Origin: an uncultured Clostridia bacterium | GTDB lineage: Bacteria; Bacillota; Clostridia; TANB77; CAG-508 | Direction: 5' to 3' | DNA: 32,000 nt | Assembly (NCBI GenBank): GCA_944390345.1 | Contig: CALXPP010000009.1 | Span: forward strand, 7,279 to 39,278 | Shown here: piece by piece, positions 1 through 10,501 of the stretch | Layout: each line of letters starts with the position of its first letter | Position numbering within the stretch: position 1 is the stretch's first letter | Made by a program: the position numbers and the translations under genes | Notes under the pieces: model-generated | The model's input: the letters and a program-made list of their open reading frames with translations, nothing else | Told to the model about the DNA's origin: nothing | Databases searched by the model: none

Positions 1-81
1 AAAACAATCTTCCCCACTCATTCTAATAATACCAATTCCACCTATTCCTGGTGCAGTTGAAATTGCAACAATTGTACTCAT
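1..81 (-). CDS. mnmE: tRNA modification GTPase MnmE (TrmE), first 27 codons only; gene runs off the left edge
   Basis: Reverse complement of 1-81 reads MSTIVAISTAPGIGGIGIIRMSGEDCF, the conserved MnmE N-terminus. Its position downstream of jag fits the Firmicute rpmH-rnpA-yidC-jag-mnmE order. Confidence 0.7.
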   Translation of the reverse strand, partial: MSTIVAISTAPGIGGIGIIRMSGEDCF

Positions 82-206
82 ATTAATTTTCCTTTCATAA
101 AAAATCGTAATTATTATACCACACTTTACATAATTCTGTCAAAATAAGAATTTTCTTTATTGTCCTAATAACAAACTAATTTATTGTTTTTTTAATATAT
201 TTCGTC

Positions 207-270
207 ATAAAAAAAATAAAATCCGAAGAAAGTTCTAAAATCTTCACTTTGACTTCGGATTTTATTTTTA
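207..270 (-). terminator. Rho-independent terminator after jag
   Basis: Stem AAAATCCGAAG (218-228) pairs with CTTCGGATTTT (253-263), with possible inner pairing. On the minus strand it is followed by a T-run (complement of 209-217). Confidence 0.55.
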
Positions 271-285
271 TATACTATTTATATA

Positions 286-954
286 TTATTTTAAATCTAT
301 TACCACTTTTCTATGTGGTTCTTCTCCTATACTATATGTTTTTATTTTATCATTTTCTTGTAATTTTGTATGTATTACTTTTCTTTCATAAGCTGTCATT
401 GGTTCTAAAGTAATTGATTTTCCGTTTTTAATAACATTTTTAGCAATTTTTTCTGCTAAAATTTCTAAGTCCTTAGTTCTCTTATCTCTATAATTTCCAA
501 TATTTAGTATTACTTTTAATCGTTCTTTACTATTTTTACAAACAATATTATTTAAAATACTTTGAAAACTATTTAGAACTTCTCCCCTATATCCAATTAA
601 GTATCCTGTATCTTTTCCATTTATATCTATATAAAAGATTTCTTTTTCTTTTCTTATTTCATATTTTAATTCTTTTGTTGGTAAATTTTCTATAAAAACT
701 CTTAAAAAATCTTCTAGTTGCTTTTTTATTTCTTCTTGAGATTTAGTTTCTTTTTTGTTATTTTCCACTTTTTCTTTTAACTTCATTTCTACTTTTACCA
801 CTCTTGGAGCTAAAATACTAAAAAAACTTCTTTTTTCTTCATTTTCTAATACTTTTATATCTACTTTATTTTTAGATACTTTTAATTCCTTTAAACCTTT
901 TTCTATTGCTTCATTTGTTGTTTTTCCTTCAAATATATATGTTTTATCCTCCAT
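286..954 (-). CDS. jag: Jag/KhpB-type RNA-binding protein (KH + R3H domains)
   Basis: 222-aa ORF. N-terminal Jag_N-like segment (YIFEGKTTNEAIEKGLKEL) and C-terminal R3H-like LEPMTAYERKVIH. Sits immediately downstream of yidC. Confidence 0.85.
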   Translation of the reverse strand: MEDKTYIFEGKTTNEAIEKGLKELKVSKNKVDIKVLENEEKRSFFSILAPRVVKVEMKLKEKVENNKKETKSQEEIKKQLEDFLRVFIENLPTKELKYEIRKEKEIFYIDINGKDTGYLIGYRGEVLNSFQSILNNIVCKNSKERLKVILNIGNYRDKRTKDLEILAEKIAKNVIKNGKSITLEPMTAYERKVIHTKLQENDKIKTYSIGEEPHRKVVIDLK

Positions 955-955
955 A

Positions 956-1801
956 TTATTCCTCCTTAATAAACTTACTTGTAATAACTCTTTCTATTAT
1001 CATAAGTATGTTACTAACAAACCAATATAAAGCTAATCCTAAAGGTGCAACCATAGAAATACTAACAGACATAATTGGCATCATATACATCATACTCTTA
1101 TTCATTTCATTCATTGCTATTTGTTCTTTTTGGTCTTCATCTTTCTTTATTAGTTTATTGTTTTCTTCTTTGACTTCCTCTTTTTTATCTACTCCATTTA
1201 ATTTATTTGTTATTTTCATTGATATAAAAGATGTTATTACATACAATACAGGAATTATATATACTGTCCAATTAGAAAGATTTTCAACTGGAATATCACT
1301 TAAATCTAATCCTAAAAAGTCCATATTTAAATTTACTCTAGGATCTTCTGCTCCCTTTTCTTTTATTATTGCAATTTCAATATAATTTTTTCTTTCTCCT
1401 TCTTGCGTTATTTCTTCTGTATACTTATTTATTGTATCAGCATCTATATTTCTCATAAATGTTAATGGTCTACTTACTAAAAAGAAAATTGAAATTATAA
1501 CTACCATTTGAATTATTGAACTTAAGCATCCACTAAAAGGACTCATATTTTCAGATTTGTATAAATCCATTAATTCTTGATTCATTCTAGTAGGATCATT
1601 GCTATATTTTTCTTGTATTTCTCTTGACTTCACTTGTATTTTAGCAGATTTCTTCATGGTTTTTTGTTGTTTTATATTCATTGGTATCATTAAAGCTTTT
1701 AATATAATAGTAAAAATTATAATTGCTATACCATAATTGTTAAATATATTATAAATAAAATTTAATGCATATCCAAAAATGTTAGCAAAAAATTCAAACA
1801 T
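956..1801 (-). CDS. yidC: Membrane protein insertase YidC/SpoIIIJ family
   Basis: 281-aa polytopic ORF between yidD and jag, with YidC-like hydrophobic core segments (e.g. APLGLALYWFVSN). Confidence 0.85.
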   Translation of the reverse strand: MFEFFANIFGYALNFIYNIFNNYGIAIIIFTIILKALMIPMNIKQQKTMKKSAKIQVKSREIQEKYSNDPTRMNQELMDLYKSENMSPFSGCLSSIIQMVVIISIFFLVSRPLTFMRNIDADTINKYTEEITQEGERKNYIEIAIIKEKGAEDPRVNLNMDFLGLDLSDIPVENLSNWTVYIIPVLYVITSFISMKITNKLNGVDKKEEVKEENNKLIKKDEDQKEQIAMNEMNKSMMYMMPIMSVSISMVAPLGLALYWFVSNILMIIERVITSKFIKEE

Positions 1802-1811
1802 AAATCCTCCT

Positions 1812-2030
1812 TTATTTCAACGGATCATATCCTCCCTTAGAAAAAGGATTACATCTTAAAATTCTTTTTATTCCTATTATGGAGCCTTTTATAGATCCAT
1901 ATTTTTCAATAGCTTGTTTTGTATATTCAGAACAAGTTGGCTCAAATTTGCAATGCACACCAATATGTCCCATATAAGATGATATGAATTTTTGATAAAA
2001 ATTTATAATTTTAATTAATATTTTCTTCAC
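1812..2030 (-). CDS. yidD: Membrane protein insertion efficiency factor YidD
   Basis: 72-aa ORF with the YidD signature CKFEPTCSEY...GSIKG...RILRCNPF..GGYDP. Overlaps the rnpA 3' end as is typical. Confidence 0.9.
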   Translation of the reverse strand: MKKILIKIINFYQKFISSYMGHIGVHCKFEPTCSEYTKQAIEKYGSIKGSIIGIKRILRCNPFSKGGYDPLK

Positions 2031-2370
2031 TATTTATTACTCCAGCTTTCTTTAAAATATTATCAAAATCTTTTTTTATATTATAATAATTTACCTTTTT
2101 TAATTCAATATTGTTATTTACAATAATTACAACATTTATATAATTTTTAAATTTGCTTTCATATATTTTATAATTTTCTCTTATTAAACGCTTTATATGA
2201 TTTCTACAAACAGCCTTCCCTATTTTTTTTGAAACTGCTATTCCTAATCTATTTATATTAGCCTTACTTTTGTATATGTACATATTTATATATCTACCTC
2301 TATAAATAGTACCTCTTGAAAAAAATCTCTTAAATTCATAATTTTTTTTTATCATTCTTGTATTTTTCAT
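2011..2370 (-). CDS. rnpA: Ribonuclease P protein component
   Basis: 119-aa basic ORF downstream of rpmH, with the RnpA-like motif GIAVSKKIGKAVCRNHIKRLIRE. Confidence 0.9.
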   Translation of the reverse strand: MKNTRMIKKNYEFKRFFSRGTIYRGRYINMYIYKSKANINRLGIAVSKKIGKAVCRNHIKRLIRENYKIYESKFKNYINVVIIVNNNIELKKVNYYNIKKDFDNILKKAGVINSEENIN

Positions 2371-2420
2371 ATCATTTCCCTACTATTCTATTTAAATATT
2401 TCTATTTGAATAGAACCCTT

Positions 2421-2450
2421 AAAAAAAGGGCGCTATGCGTCCCTTTTATT
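2421..2450 (-). terminator. Hairpin (terminator/attenuator) between rpmH and rnpA
   Basis: On the minus strand: AAAAGGGACGC-ATA-GCGCCCTTTTTTT, a GC-rich stem followed by a T-run directly after the rpmH stop. Confidence 0.6.
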
Positions 2451-2585
2451 TTAAGCACATATTTTTTTTCTTCCTTTATTTCTTCTAGCTTTTAAAACTT
2501 TTCTTCCTGCTCTTGTTTGCATTCTTTTTCTAAAACCATGTACTTTATTTCTTTGTCTTTTTTTTGGTTGATAAGTTCTTTTCAA
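2451..2585 (-). CDS. rpmH: 50S ribosomal protein L34 (TTG start; absent from the ORF track)
   Basis: Manual translation gives (M)[43 protein letters not shown], a canonical L34 sequence. AGGAGG lies upstream of a TTG start at 2583-2585. Confidence 0.9.
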   Translation of the reverse strand: MKRTYQPKKRQRNKVHGFRKRMQTRAGRKVLKARRNKGRKKICA

Positions 2586-2807
2586 TTTGCCACACCTCCT
2601 ATATCTATTTTAATTTATTATAAACATCATAAGTAATAGAATTATACAACAAAACTTTATGAAAAGTCAAGTAATTGACTAATTTTCTATGTTTTTTTAT
2701 TTTTTGTAATAAAAAATACATAAAATTATTTTTTATATTAAATTAACTTGATATTTGAAATATTTTTTGATATTATAAAGCCACATAAATATATTACGGA
2801 AGTATAG

Positions 2808-2886
2808 TTTTCCACATGTTGATAACTTGTAAAAGCCTTTAAACATCTGGATTTCAAATATGATATGTGGAAAAGATTGTGGATAA
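2808..2886. promoter_or_regulatory. DnaA-box cluster upstream of dnaA (left half of a bipartite oriC / dnaA autoregulation)
   Basis: TTTTCCACA 2808-2816, TGTTGATAA 2817-2825, TGTGGAAAA 2866-2874, and perfect TGTGGATAA 2878-2886 (complement of TTATCCACA). Confidence 0.75.
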
Positions 2887-2912
2887 CTTTACTAGGGAAG
2901 GACGGTTTTTAA

Positions 2913-4262
2913 ATGTATTCGGATAAAACAGATTTACTTACAAAAGCAAAAGATCTTTTAAAAGAAGAAATGACGAATATTTCTTATACAACATGGATTA
3001 AAAGCTTAGAGATTCAATCAGTAAACGATAATAAAATTGTTTTAGTAGCTCTTTCTGAAATACAAAAAGATGCAATTGAATCTAGACTTTTTGATCTTGT
3101 TGTTAATACTTTTAATTTTATAACAAATAAAACTTGTGAAATTACTATTGTTGTAAAATCAGAAGAAAAAGATAAAGAATACCTTCAAGAAGAAAATAAT
3201 CAGGATTTTACGGCTTCAGAGTCCTATAGTAATAGTTTTCTAAATCCAAAATATACTTTTGATACCTTTGTTATAGGAAACAATAATAAATTTGCTCAAG
3301 CAGCAGCTTATGCTGTAGCAGAAGCTCCAGCAACAGCTTACAATCCATTATTTATCTATGGAGGCGTAGGTTTAGGAAAAACACACTTAATGCATGCTAT
3401 TGGTAATCAAATTTTAAAAAATAATCCTAATACAAAAATATTATATGTTACTTCAGAACAATTTATTAATGAATTAGTTAATTCTATTAAAGATGCTAAT
3501 TTTAAAAATGAATTATTTAGAAATAAATATAGAAATATAGATGTATTACTGATTGATGATATTCAATTTATAGCAGGGAAGAAAATGGGGCAGGAAGAGT
3601 TTTTCCATACTTTTAATACACTTTATCAAAGTGGAAAACAAATTATTATATCAAGTGACAAGCCGCCAAGAGATATTCCTCTATTAGAAGAAAGACTTAA
3701 ATCTAGATTTGAATGGGGAATACTTGCAGATATTTCTATGCCAGATTATGAAACTCGTTTGGCTATTTTAAGAAAGAAAGTACAACTAGAAAATATAATT
3801 ATAGAAGATTATATTCTTTCTGTTATTGCAACAAAAATAGACACAAATATTAGAGAATTAGAAGGTGCTTTAAATAAAATAGTTGCGTATGCTTCATTAA
3901 CACATAGCCAAATAACAATAGAAATGGCTGAAAAAGCAATAAATGACATCGTTTTACAAAAAGAAAAAATAATTTCAGCAGATTATATTCAAGAAATTGT
4001 TGCAAAATATTTTAATATAGATAAAAAAGATTTAATATCTACAAAAAAATCAAATGATATTGCATATCCTAGACAAATTGCAATGTACTTGTGTAGAACT
4101 ATTGGTCAAATGTCTTTTCCTAAAATTGGTAGTGAATTTGGAAATAGAGATCACACCACAGTAATGCATGCATTTAATAAAATAGAAAAAGAAGTTAAAG
4201 AAAACACAAATACAAAATTAATTGTGGATAGTGTGAAAAACATTATTCGAGAAAGCAAATAG
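2913..4262 (+). CDS. dnaA: Chromosomal replication initiator protein DnaA
   Basis: 449 aa. Walker A GGVGLGKTHL, Walker B LLIDDIQF, and C-terminal DNA-binding motif FGNRDHTTVMHA. Confidence 0.97.
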   Translation: MYSDKTDLLTKAKDLLKEEMTNISYTTWIKSLEIQSVNDNKIVLVALSEIQKDAIESRLFDLVVNTFNFITNKTCEITIVVKSEEKDKEYLQEENNQDFTASESYSNSFLNPKYTFDTFVIGNNNKFAQAAAYAVAEAPATAYNPLFIYGGVGLGKTHLMHAIGNQILKNNPNTKILYVTSEQFINELVNSIKDANFKNELFRNKYRNIDVLLIDDIQFIAGKKMGQEEFFHTFNTLYQSGKQIIISSDKPPRDIPLLEERLKSRFEWGILADISMPDYETRLAILRKKVQLENIIIEDYILSVIATKIDTNIRELEGALNKIVAYASLTHSQITIEMAEKAINDIVLQKEKIISADYIQEIVAKYFNIDKKDLISTKKSNDIAYPRQIAMYLCRTIGQMSFPKIGSEFGNRDHTTVMHAFNKIEKEVKENTNTKLIVDSVKNIIRESK

Positions 4263-4584
4263 TTTATTTTAAAATAAAAACTAAATTTTTTTAAAATATA
4301 TGTTTTACAAAACAAAAATTTCACAAAAGAAGCTCTGTTAACTCTTACGGAACAGCGGAAAAGGTTATCAACAACCTCATGTTAATAAAGCTGTATATAA
4401 GTTGTTAATAACTAGATATTCACAAATGATATTGGATTGTGTGGATAAAAAGTAAAATTATCCACAGAGTTATATACATACTTTTTATTAGGGAAATAAA
4501 TACTTACAGAAGTTTTCCACCAAATCCACAGGTCCTAATACTAATACTACTATTTATATTTAATATTAAAGGAGAAAAAAGAAA
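4263..4584. other. oriC: oriC core: DnaA boxes, GC cluster, DnaA-trio-like repeats and AT-rich unwinding element in the dnaA-dnaN spacer
   Basis: Boxes: TTATCAACA 4365-4373, TGTGGATAA 4440-4448, TTATCCACA 4458-4466, TTTTCCACC 4513-4521, AAATCCACA 4522-4530. These are followed by GGTCC 4531-4535, then TAA TAC TAA TAC TAC TAT (4536-4553), then a pure A/T tract up to the dnaN RBS. Confidence 0.8.
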
Positions 4585-5700
4585 ATGAAATTTATTTGTG
4601 AAAAGGACAAAATTTTAAAGGGTATAAATTCTGTTATAAATGGTGTTGCTTCTAAAACAACAATGCCTGTATTAGAAGGTATACTTATTCAAACAAATGA
4701 TAATGAATTAAAACTAACTACCTATGATTTAGAAATTGGAATAGAATATATTTTAGAAGCTAATGTAGAAGAACAAGGCAATACAGTTGTAAACGCAATA
4801 ATGTTTAGTGAAATAATTAGAAAATTACCTAATAAGAATATAAAAATTGCTATTAATGAAAATAACTTATTAGAAATAGAATGTGAAGGTTCTTTATATA
4901 AATTAGCAACTATGAATCCAGATGAATTTCCAGAACTTCCAAGAATAAATATAGATAATTCAATAGAAATAGAACAAACTGTTTTAAAAAATATGATTAG
5001 AAAAACTATATTTGCAGTAAGTCAAGAAGAAAATAGACCTATTTTTACAGGATGTTTATTTGAAGTAATAAATGGAAAATTAAATGTTGTAGCAGTAGAT
5101 GGATATAGATTAGCAATTAAAAGTAGTATAATTAATGAAAAAGGAAATGATTTTAGTAGTGTTATACCAGGAAAAACTTTAAATGAGGTAAATAAAATTA
5201 TTTCAGATTCATTTGAACCAATTAAAATTGGAATATCTAAAAACCAAGCATTATTTGAAATGGAAAATTGTAAAATTGTTACAAGACTATTAGATGGCGA
5301 ATTTTTAAAATATTCAAATACAATTCCGGCTTCTTGGGAAACAAGAATAAGGGTTAATAAAAACAATATTCAAGAATGTTTTGAAAGAATAATTCTAATT
5401 TCAGCATCATCTATAGAAAAAGAAAAAAAATATCCTGTTAAAATAGATATAGAGATAGGAAAAGTTACTATATCTTGTGCAAACCAAACAGGCGATGCCA
5501 AGGAAGAAATATATGTAGAAACAGAAGGAAAAGAATTAGAAATAGGCTTTAATCCTAGATTTTTCTTAGATGCTTTAAAAGCAATAGACGATGAAGAAGT
5601 ATATATAGAATTTGGAACTAATAGATCACCTTGTATTATAAAACCAGTAGAAGATGGTGATTACATATATATGATTCTTCCAATAAAAATGAAGGATTAG
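4585..5700 (+). CDS. dnaN: DNA polymerase III beta sliding clamp
   Basis: 371-aa ORF directly after dnaA/oriC. Beta-clamp-like sequence throughout (e.g. VAVDGYRLA, GFNPRFFLDALK). Confidence 0.95.
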   Translation: MKFICEKDKILKGINSVINGVASKTTMPVLEGILIQTNDNELKLTTYDLEIGIEYILEANVEEQGNTVVNAIMFSEIIRKLPNKNIKIAINENNLLEIECEGSLYKLATMNPDEFPELPRINIDNSIEIEQTVLKNMIRKTIFAVSQEENRPIFTGCLFEVINGKLNVVAVDGYRLAIKSSIINEKGNDFSSVIPGKTLNEVNKIISDSFEPIKIGISKNQALFEMENCKIVTRLLDGEFLKYSNTIPASWETRIRVNKNNIQECFERIILISASSIEKEKKYPVKIDIEIGKVTISCANQTGDAKEEIYVETEGKELEIGFNPRFFLDALKAIDDEEVYIEFGTNRSPCIIKPVEDGDYIYMILPIKMKD

Positions 5701-5732
5701 TTATCCACAATTAAAGAACAAAATGTGGATAA
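5701..5732. promoter_or_regulatory. Convergent pair of perfect DnaA boxes (TTATCCACA-N14-TGTGGATAA)
   Basis: TTATCCACA 5701-5709 and TGTGGATAA 5724-5732, starting one base after the dnaN stop. Confidence 0.7.
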
Positions 5733-5748
5733 AAGAAAGGGTATACTA

Positions 5749-5946
5749 ATGAATCAGATTTTTGATAAAATAACAGATTTAATTGATTGGATTTCTAAGA
5801 AGAATAATAAATTAACAGAGTATATATTTCAAAAAACAGGAATTAAAATAAATGTTGGTTTAATAGTAGGAGGAATATTTTTAGTAATATTTGTTCTTTT
5901 ACTAGCAAAAGGTGCTTTGAGCTTTTTATATGGAAAATTAGTATAG
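5749..5946 (+). CDS. Small single-pass membrane protein, unknown function, in the slot usually held by the S4-domain yaaA gene
   Basis: The ORF is open from 5725, but that ATG lies inside a DnaA box, so ATG 5749 (MNQIFDK...) is more plausible. C-terminal hydrophobic helix VGLIVGGIFLVIFVLLLA. No homology recognised. Confidence 0.4.
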   Translation: MNQIFDKITDLIDWISKKNNKLTEYIFQKTGIKINVGLIVGGIFLVIFVLLLAKGALSFLYGKLV

Positions 5947-5956
5947 GAAGAAAATA

Positions 5957-7036
5957 ATGAATATAGATAAGATACAGCTAGAAAATTTTAGAAATTATAA
6001 AAAACAAGAAATATTACTTAATAAGAATATTAATATTATTTATGGTGATAATGCCCAAGGGAAAACAAATATTATAGAAGCAATATTTTTATGTAGTATG
6101 GGAAAATCTTTTAGAACAAACAAAGATAAAGAGTTAATAAATTTTGGAGAAAGATTTTCTAAAGTAAAAATTTCTTATACTAAAAAGGATAGAGAAGGTA
6201 ATATAGAAGCAGATATAGATGATAAAAAAATCTTTTTGGTAAATGGAGTAAAACAAAATAAAATAAGTGATATTATAGGAAAAATAAATGTAGTAATATT
6301 TACACCAGATAATATTGATATTATTAAAGATGGTCCTCAAAAGAGAAGAAAATTTTTAGATATGATGATAAGCTCATTAAAACCAAATTATTTGCACATA
6401 TTAAATCAATACAATAAAGTTTTAGAGCAAAGAAATAATTATTTAAAACAAATAAAATTAGAAAATAAAAGTGAAGAACTTTTAGAAATATGGGATGAAC
6501 AATTAGCAAAATTTTCAAGTCAAATATATGAATATAGAAATAAATATACAGAAGCTATAAAAACTAAAATAGAAGTTATCCACAATTCAATAACAAAATG
6601 TGGAAAAGATAATGAAGAAATTATAAAAGTTAAATATATTTCTAATGGAAAAGACATAGATTCTTTTAAAAAAGCATTAATAAATTCTAGAAAAATTGAT
6701 ATATCAAGAGGATATACTGCTACAGGTATTCATAGAGATGACTTAATAATATATGTTAATCATAAACCCGTTTCTGTTTTTGGATCACAAGGTCAGCAAA
6801 GAACAGCAATATTATCTTTAAAGCTTTGTGAGCTGGAAATAGTAAAAGAAGAAATAGGAGAAACACCAATTTTACTTTTAGATGATTTTATGTCTGAATT
6901 AGATGTAAAAAGAAGAACAAGTTTTTTAGAAAATATAAAAGATTGTCAAGTAATATTAACTTGTACAGATAAAATAGACATTAGAGGAAATGTAAAAAGT
7001 CTATATGTTAAAAATGGATTAATTGAAAAGGAATAG
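5957..7036 (+). CDS. recF: DNA replication and repair protein RecF
   Basis: 359 aa. Walker A GDNAQGKTN, signature-like FGSQGQQRT, Walker B LLLDDFMSELD. Confidence 0.95.
   Translation: MNIDKIQLENFRNYKKQEILLNKNINIIYGDNAQGKTNIIEAIFLCSMGKSFRTNKDKELINFGERFSKVKISYTKKDREGNIEADIDDKKIFLVNGVKQNKISDIIGKINVVIFTPDNIDIIKDGPQKRRKFLDMMISSLKPNYLHILNQYNKVLEQRNNYLKQIKLENKSEELLEIWDEQLAKFSSQIYEYRNKYTEAIKTKIEVIHNSITKCGKDNEEIIKVKYISNGKDIDSFKKALINSRKIDISRGYTATGIHRDDLIIYVNHKPVSVFGSQGQQRTAILSLKLCELEIVKEEIGETPILLLDDFMSELDVKRRTSFLENIKDCQVILTCTDKIDIRGNVKSLYVKNGLIEKE
6576..6607. repeat. Second copy of the convergent DnaA-box pair, inside the recF coding sequence
   Basis: TTATCCACAATTCAATAACAAAATGTGGAAAA matches 5701-5732 at 29 of 32 positions by manual alignment. 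Confidence 0.7.
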
Positions 7037-7044
7037 TGAGAAAA

Positions 7045-7290
7045 ATGTATTTGCATATTGGAAAAGAATATGTTATTAATAATAAAGAGGTAATAGCTAT
7101 ATTTAATTTAGAATATATAAAAAACACAAAAGAATATAAAAAAATGTATGAGCAACTAGAAAAAAATAAAGCTATAATAAATATTTCAAAAAACCAAGAA
7201 AAAACCTTTATTTTAACAGAAAAAGATGGAGTTAAAAGGGGGTATCTAACCAATATAGCTGCTAGTACAATAGGAAAAAGAAGAATGTAA
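7045..7290 (+). CDS. remB: DUF370 / RemB-family small protein
   Basis: About 81 aa between recF and gyrB, the conserved Firmicute position. MYLHIGKEYVI... is typical of DUF370. The track start at 7036 is probably too early. Confidence 0.75.
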   Translation: MYLHIGKEYVINNKEVIAIFNLEYIKNTKEYKKMYEQLEKNKAIINISKNQEKTFILTEKDGVKRGYLTNIAASTIGKRRM

Positions 7291-7294
7291 TTAG

Positions 7295-9232
<1,938 letters not shown>

Positions 9233-9249
9233 CTTTTCATAAATTTGAT

Positions 9250-9280
9250 AAGGCACAAGGAATACACCTTGTGCCTTTAT
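9250..9280 (+). terminator. Terminator hairpin after gyrB
   Basis: AAGGCACAAGG (9250-9260) / loop AATACA / CCTTGTGCCTT (9267-9277), followed by a short T tract. Confidence 0.65.
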
Positions 9281-9715
9281 CATATATAAAGCTTATATTA
9301 ACTTTCAGCTAAAACAAATATACCGAATGGTCAAACCTAATATATATCGCTATATAAATAAGCTATGCACCCAATATATTCATCAGTTGCTAGACAGCAA
9401 ATGCACTCCTAGTAACCAAATTTATCCACGAGGGACTAGTATTGACCACTACTAAAATACAAATGTCATCATGACTTCGAGTTAATCTACTATAATACAA
9501 CCATTTAATACAATAGCTTTTTTACAATAAATTAATTCTTCGCGTCCGACATATTTTAATAATAAAGTTTTTTTACCACTAAAATACATCTTAGCTCGAG
9601 TCGTAAAGAAAGATCTAATCCTCCTTTAAAACTCTAAGTTAGGCTGATATAAACTTTATGATACTAGTATGTGCTTTAAATTTTTTTTTATTCAAAAAAT
9701 TTAAAAAAATTTAAA

Positions 9716-9762
9716 AGTGGATAAAAATAAGAAATATAAACTGTGGATAACTATGTGGATAG
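9716..9762 (-). promoter_or_regulatory. Cluster of three same-orientation DnaA boxes upstream of T4SS locus A
   Basis: AGTGGATAA 9716-9724, perfect TGTGGATAA 9742-9750, TGTGGATAG 9754-9762. Confidence 0.65.
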
Positions 9763-9877
9763 TTTTTGTAAATTGATACAGAAAAAATAACAGAAAAAAA
9801 TATAACAAATTGACTTTGGGACAAAATTTAAAAAATAGAAAATATATATTTAATTTTTTAATAATAATAATAATATA

Positions 9878-9906
9878 TTGACAGTACAGAAAAATTATTG
9901 TATGAT
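9878..9906 (+). promoter_or_regulatory. Sigma-A-type promoter for locus A
   Basis: TTGACA 9878-9883, 17-nt spacer, TATGAT 9901-9906. An A/T-rich (TAA)5 tract lies just upstream. RBS AAAGGAG 9925-9931 precedes ATG 9935. Confidence 0.6.
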
Positions 9907-9934
9907 GTAGCAAATTAATATAGAAAGGAGAAAA

Positions 9935-10501
9935 ATGAAAAGGAAAGAAAAATCTACACAAGATTGGTTGCCTTTCCAAAAAATCCTCGAAAATGGCTTA
10001 ATTTACACAAAAAATTCTTGTCTAAAGGTCATAAAAATTTTTCCAATTAATTATGATTTAAAATCAAATTTAGAAAAAGAAGCAATTTTAAATTCTTATT
10101 ATTTATTCCTAAAAAGTTGTGATTTCAATTTTCAAATTTTAATTCAAAGCAAAAAAGAAAATCTATCAAATCATATTTCCAAAATTAAAGAAAAAATAGA
10201 AATTGAGAAAGAAGTAAATGTAAAAGAGTTAGCAAAAAGTTATACACAGTTTATACACAGGCTAAGTTTAGAAAATAAATCTTCTTCTAAAGAATTTTAT
10301 ATAATTCTAAAATATAAATTTGATGATGTACAAAAAGAATTTTTTAATCAAAAAGATAGTTTGGCAAGCAATCAATTATTAGAGCAATATTTAAAAATAA
10401 AGGAAACTTTATCTAGATGTGGGAATATTGTTCAAGATATAAATACTAAAAAGGAGGTGGAAGAATTTTTAGAAAATATTTATTTGAGAAAAGGAGAATA
10501 A
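9935..10501 (+). CDS. VirB4/TrsE/TcpF-type conjugation ATPase, N-terminal domain fragment (188 aa), ending at an in-frame TAA
   Basis: STQDWLPFQKILENGLIY...IKIFPINYDLKSNLEKEAILNSYYLFLKS..FNFQILIQSKK follows the N-terminal pattern I recall for Gram-positive VirB4 homologues (Tn916 Orf16, TcpF, PrgJ). It is in the same frame as the next ORF. Confidence 0.7.
   Translation: MKRKEKSTQDWLPFQKILENGLIYTKNSCLKVIKIFPINYDLKSNLEKEAILNSYYLFLKSCDFNFQILIQSKKENLSNHISKIKEKIEIEKEVNVKELAKSYTQFIHRLSLENKSSSKEFYIILKYKFDDVQKEFFNQKDSLASNQLLEQYLKIKETLSRCGNIVQDINTKKEVEEFLENIYLRKGE

Noticed and set aside
755-1385. Plus-strand ORFs 755-1030 and 906-1385
   Set aside because: They lie antisense to jag and yidC. Their low-complexity F/L/S/I-rich translations are typical of the reverse frame of AT-rich genes.
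5022-7253. Minus-strand ORFs 5022-5366, 6134-6340, 6324-6518 and 7008-7253
   Set aside because: Each lies fully inside, and antisense to, well-supported dnaN, recF or remB coding sequence. No RBS or recognisable motifs.
9859-9875. (TAA)5 tract as a DnaA-trio element of a second origin
   Set aside because: It is about 100 bp from the nearest DnaA box, with no adjacent GC cluster. It is more simply an A/T-rich UP-like element of the locus A promoter.
9701-9979. 92-aa minus-strand ORF upstream of locus A
   Set aside because: It covers the DnaA-box cluster, the promoter and the start of the VirB4 N-terminal ORF. Its translation is low-complexity F/L/I/K.
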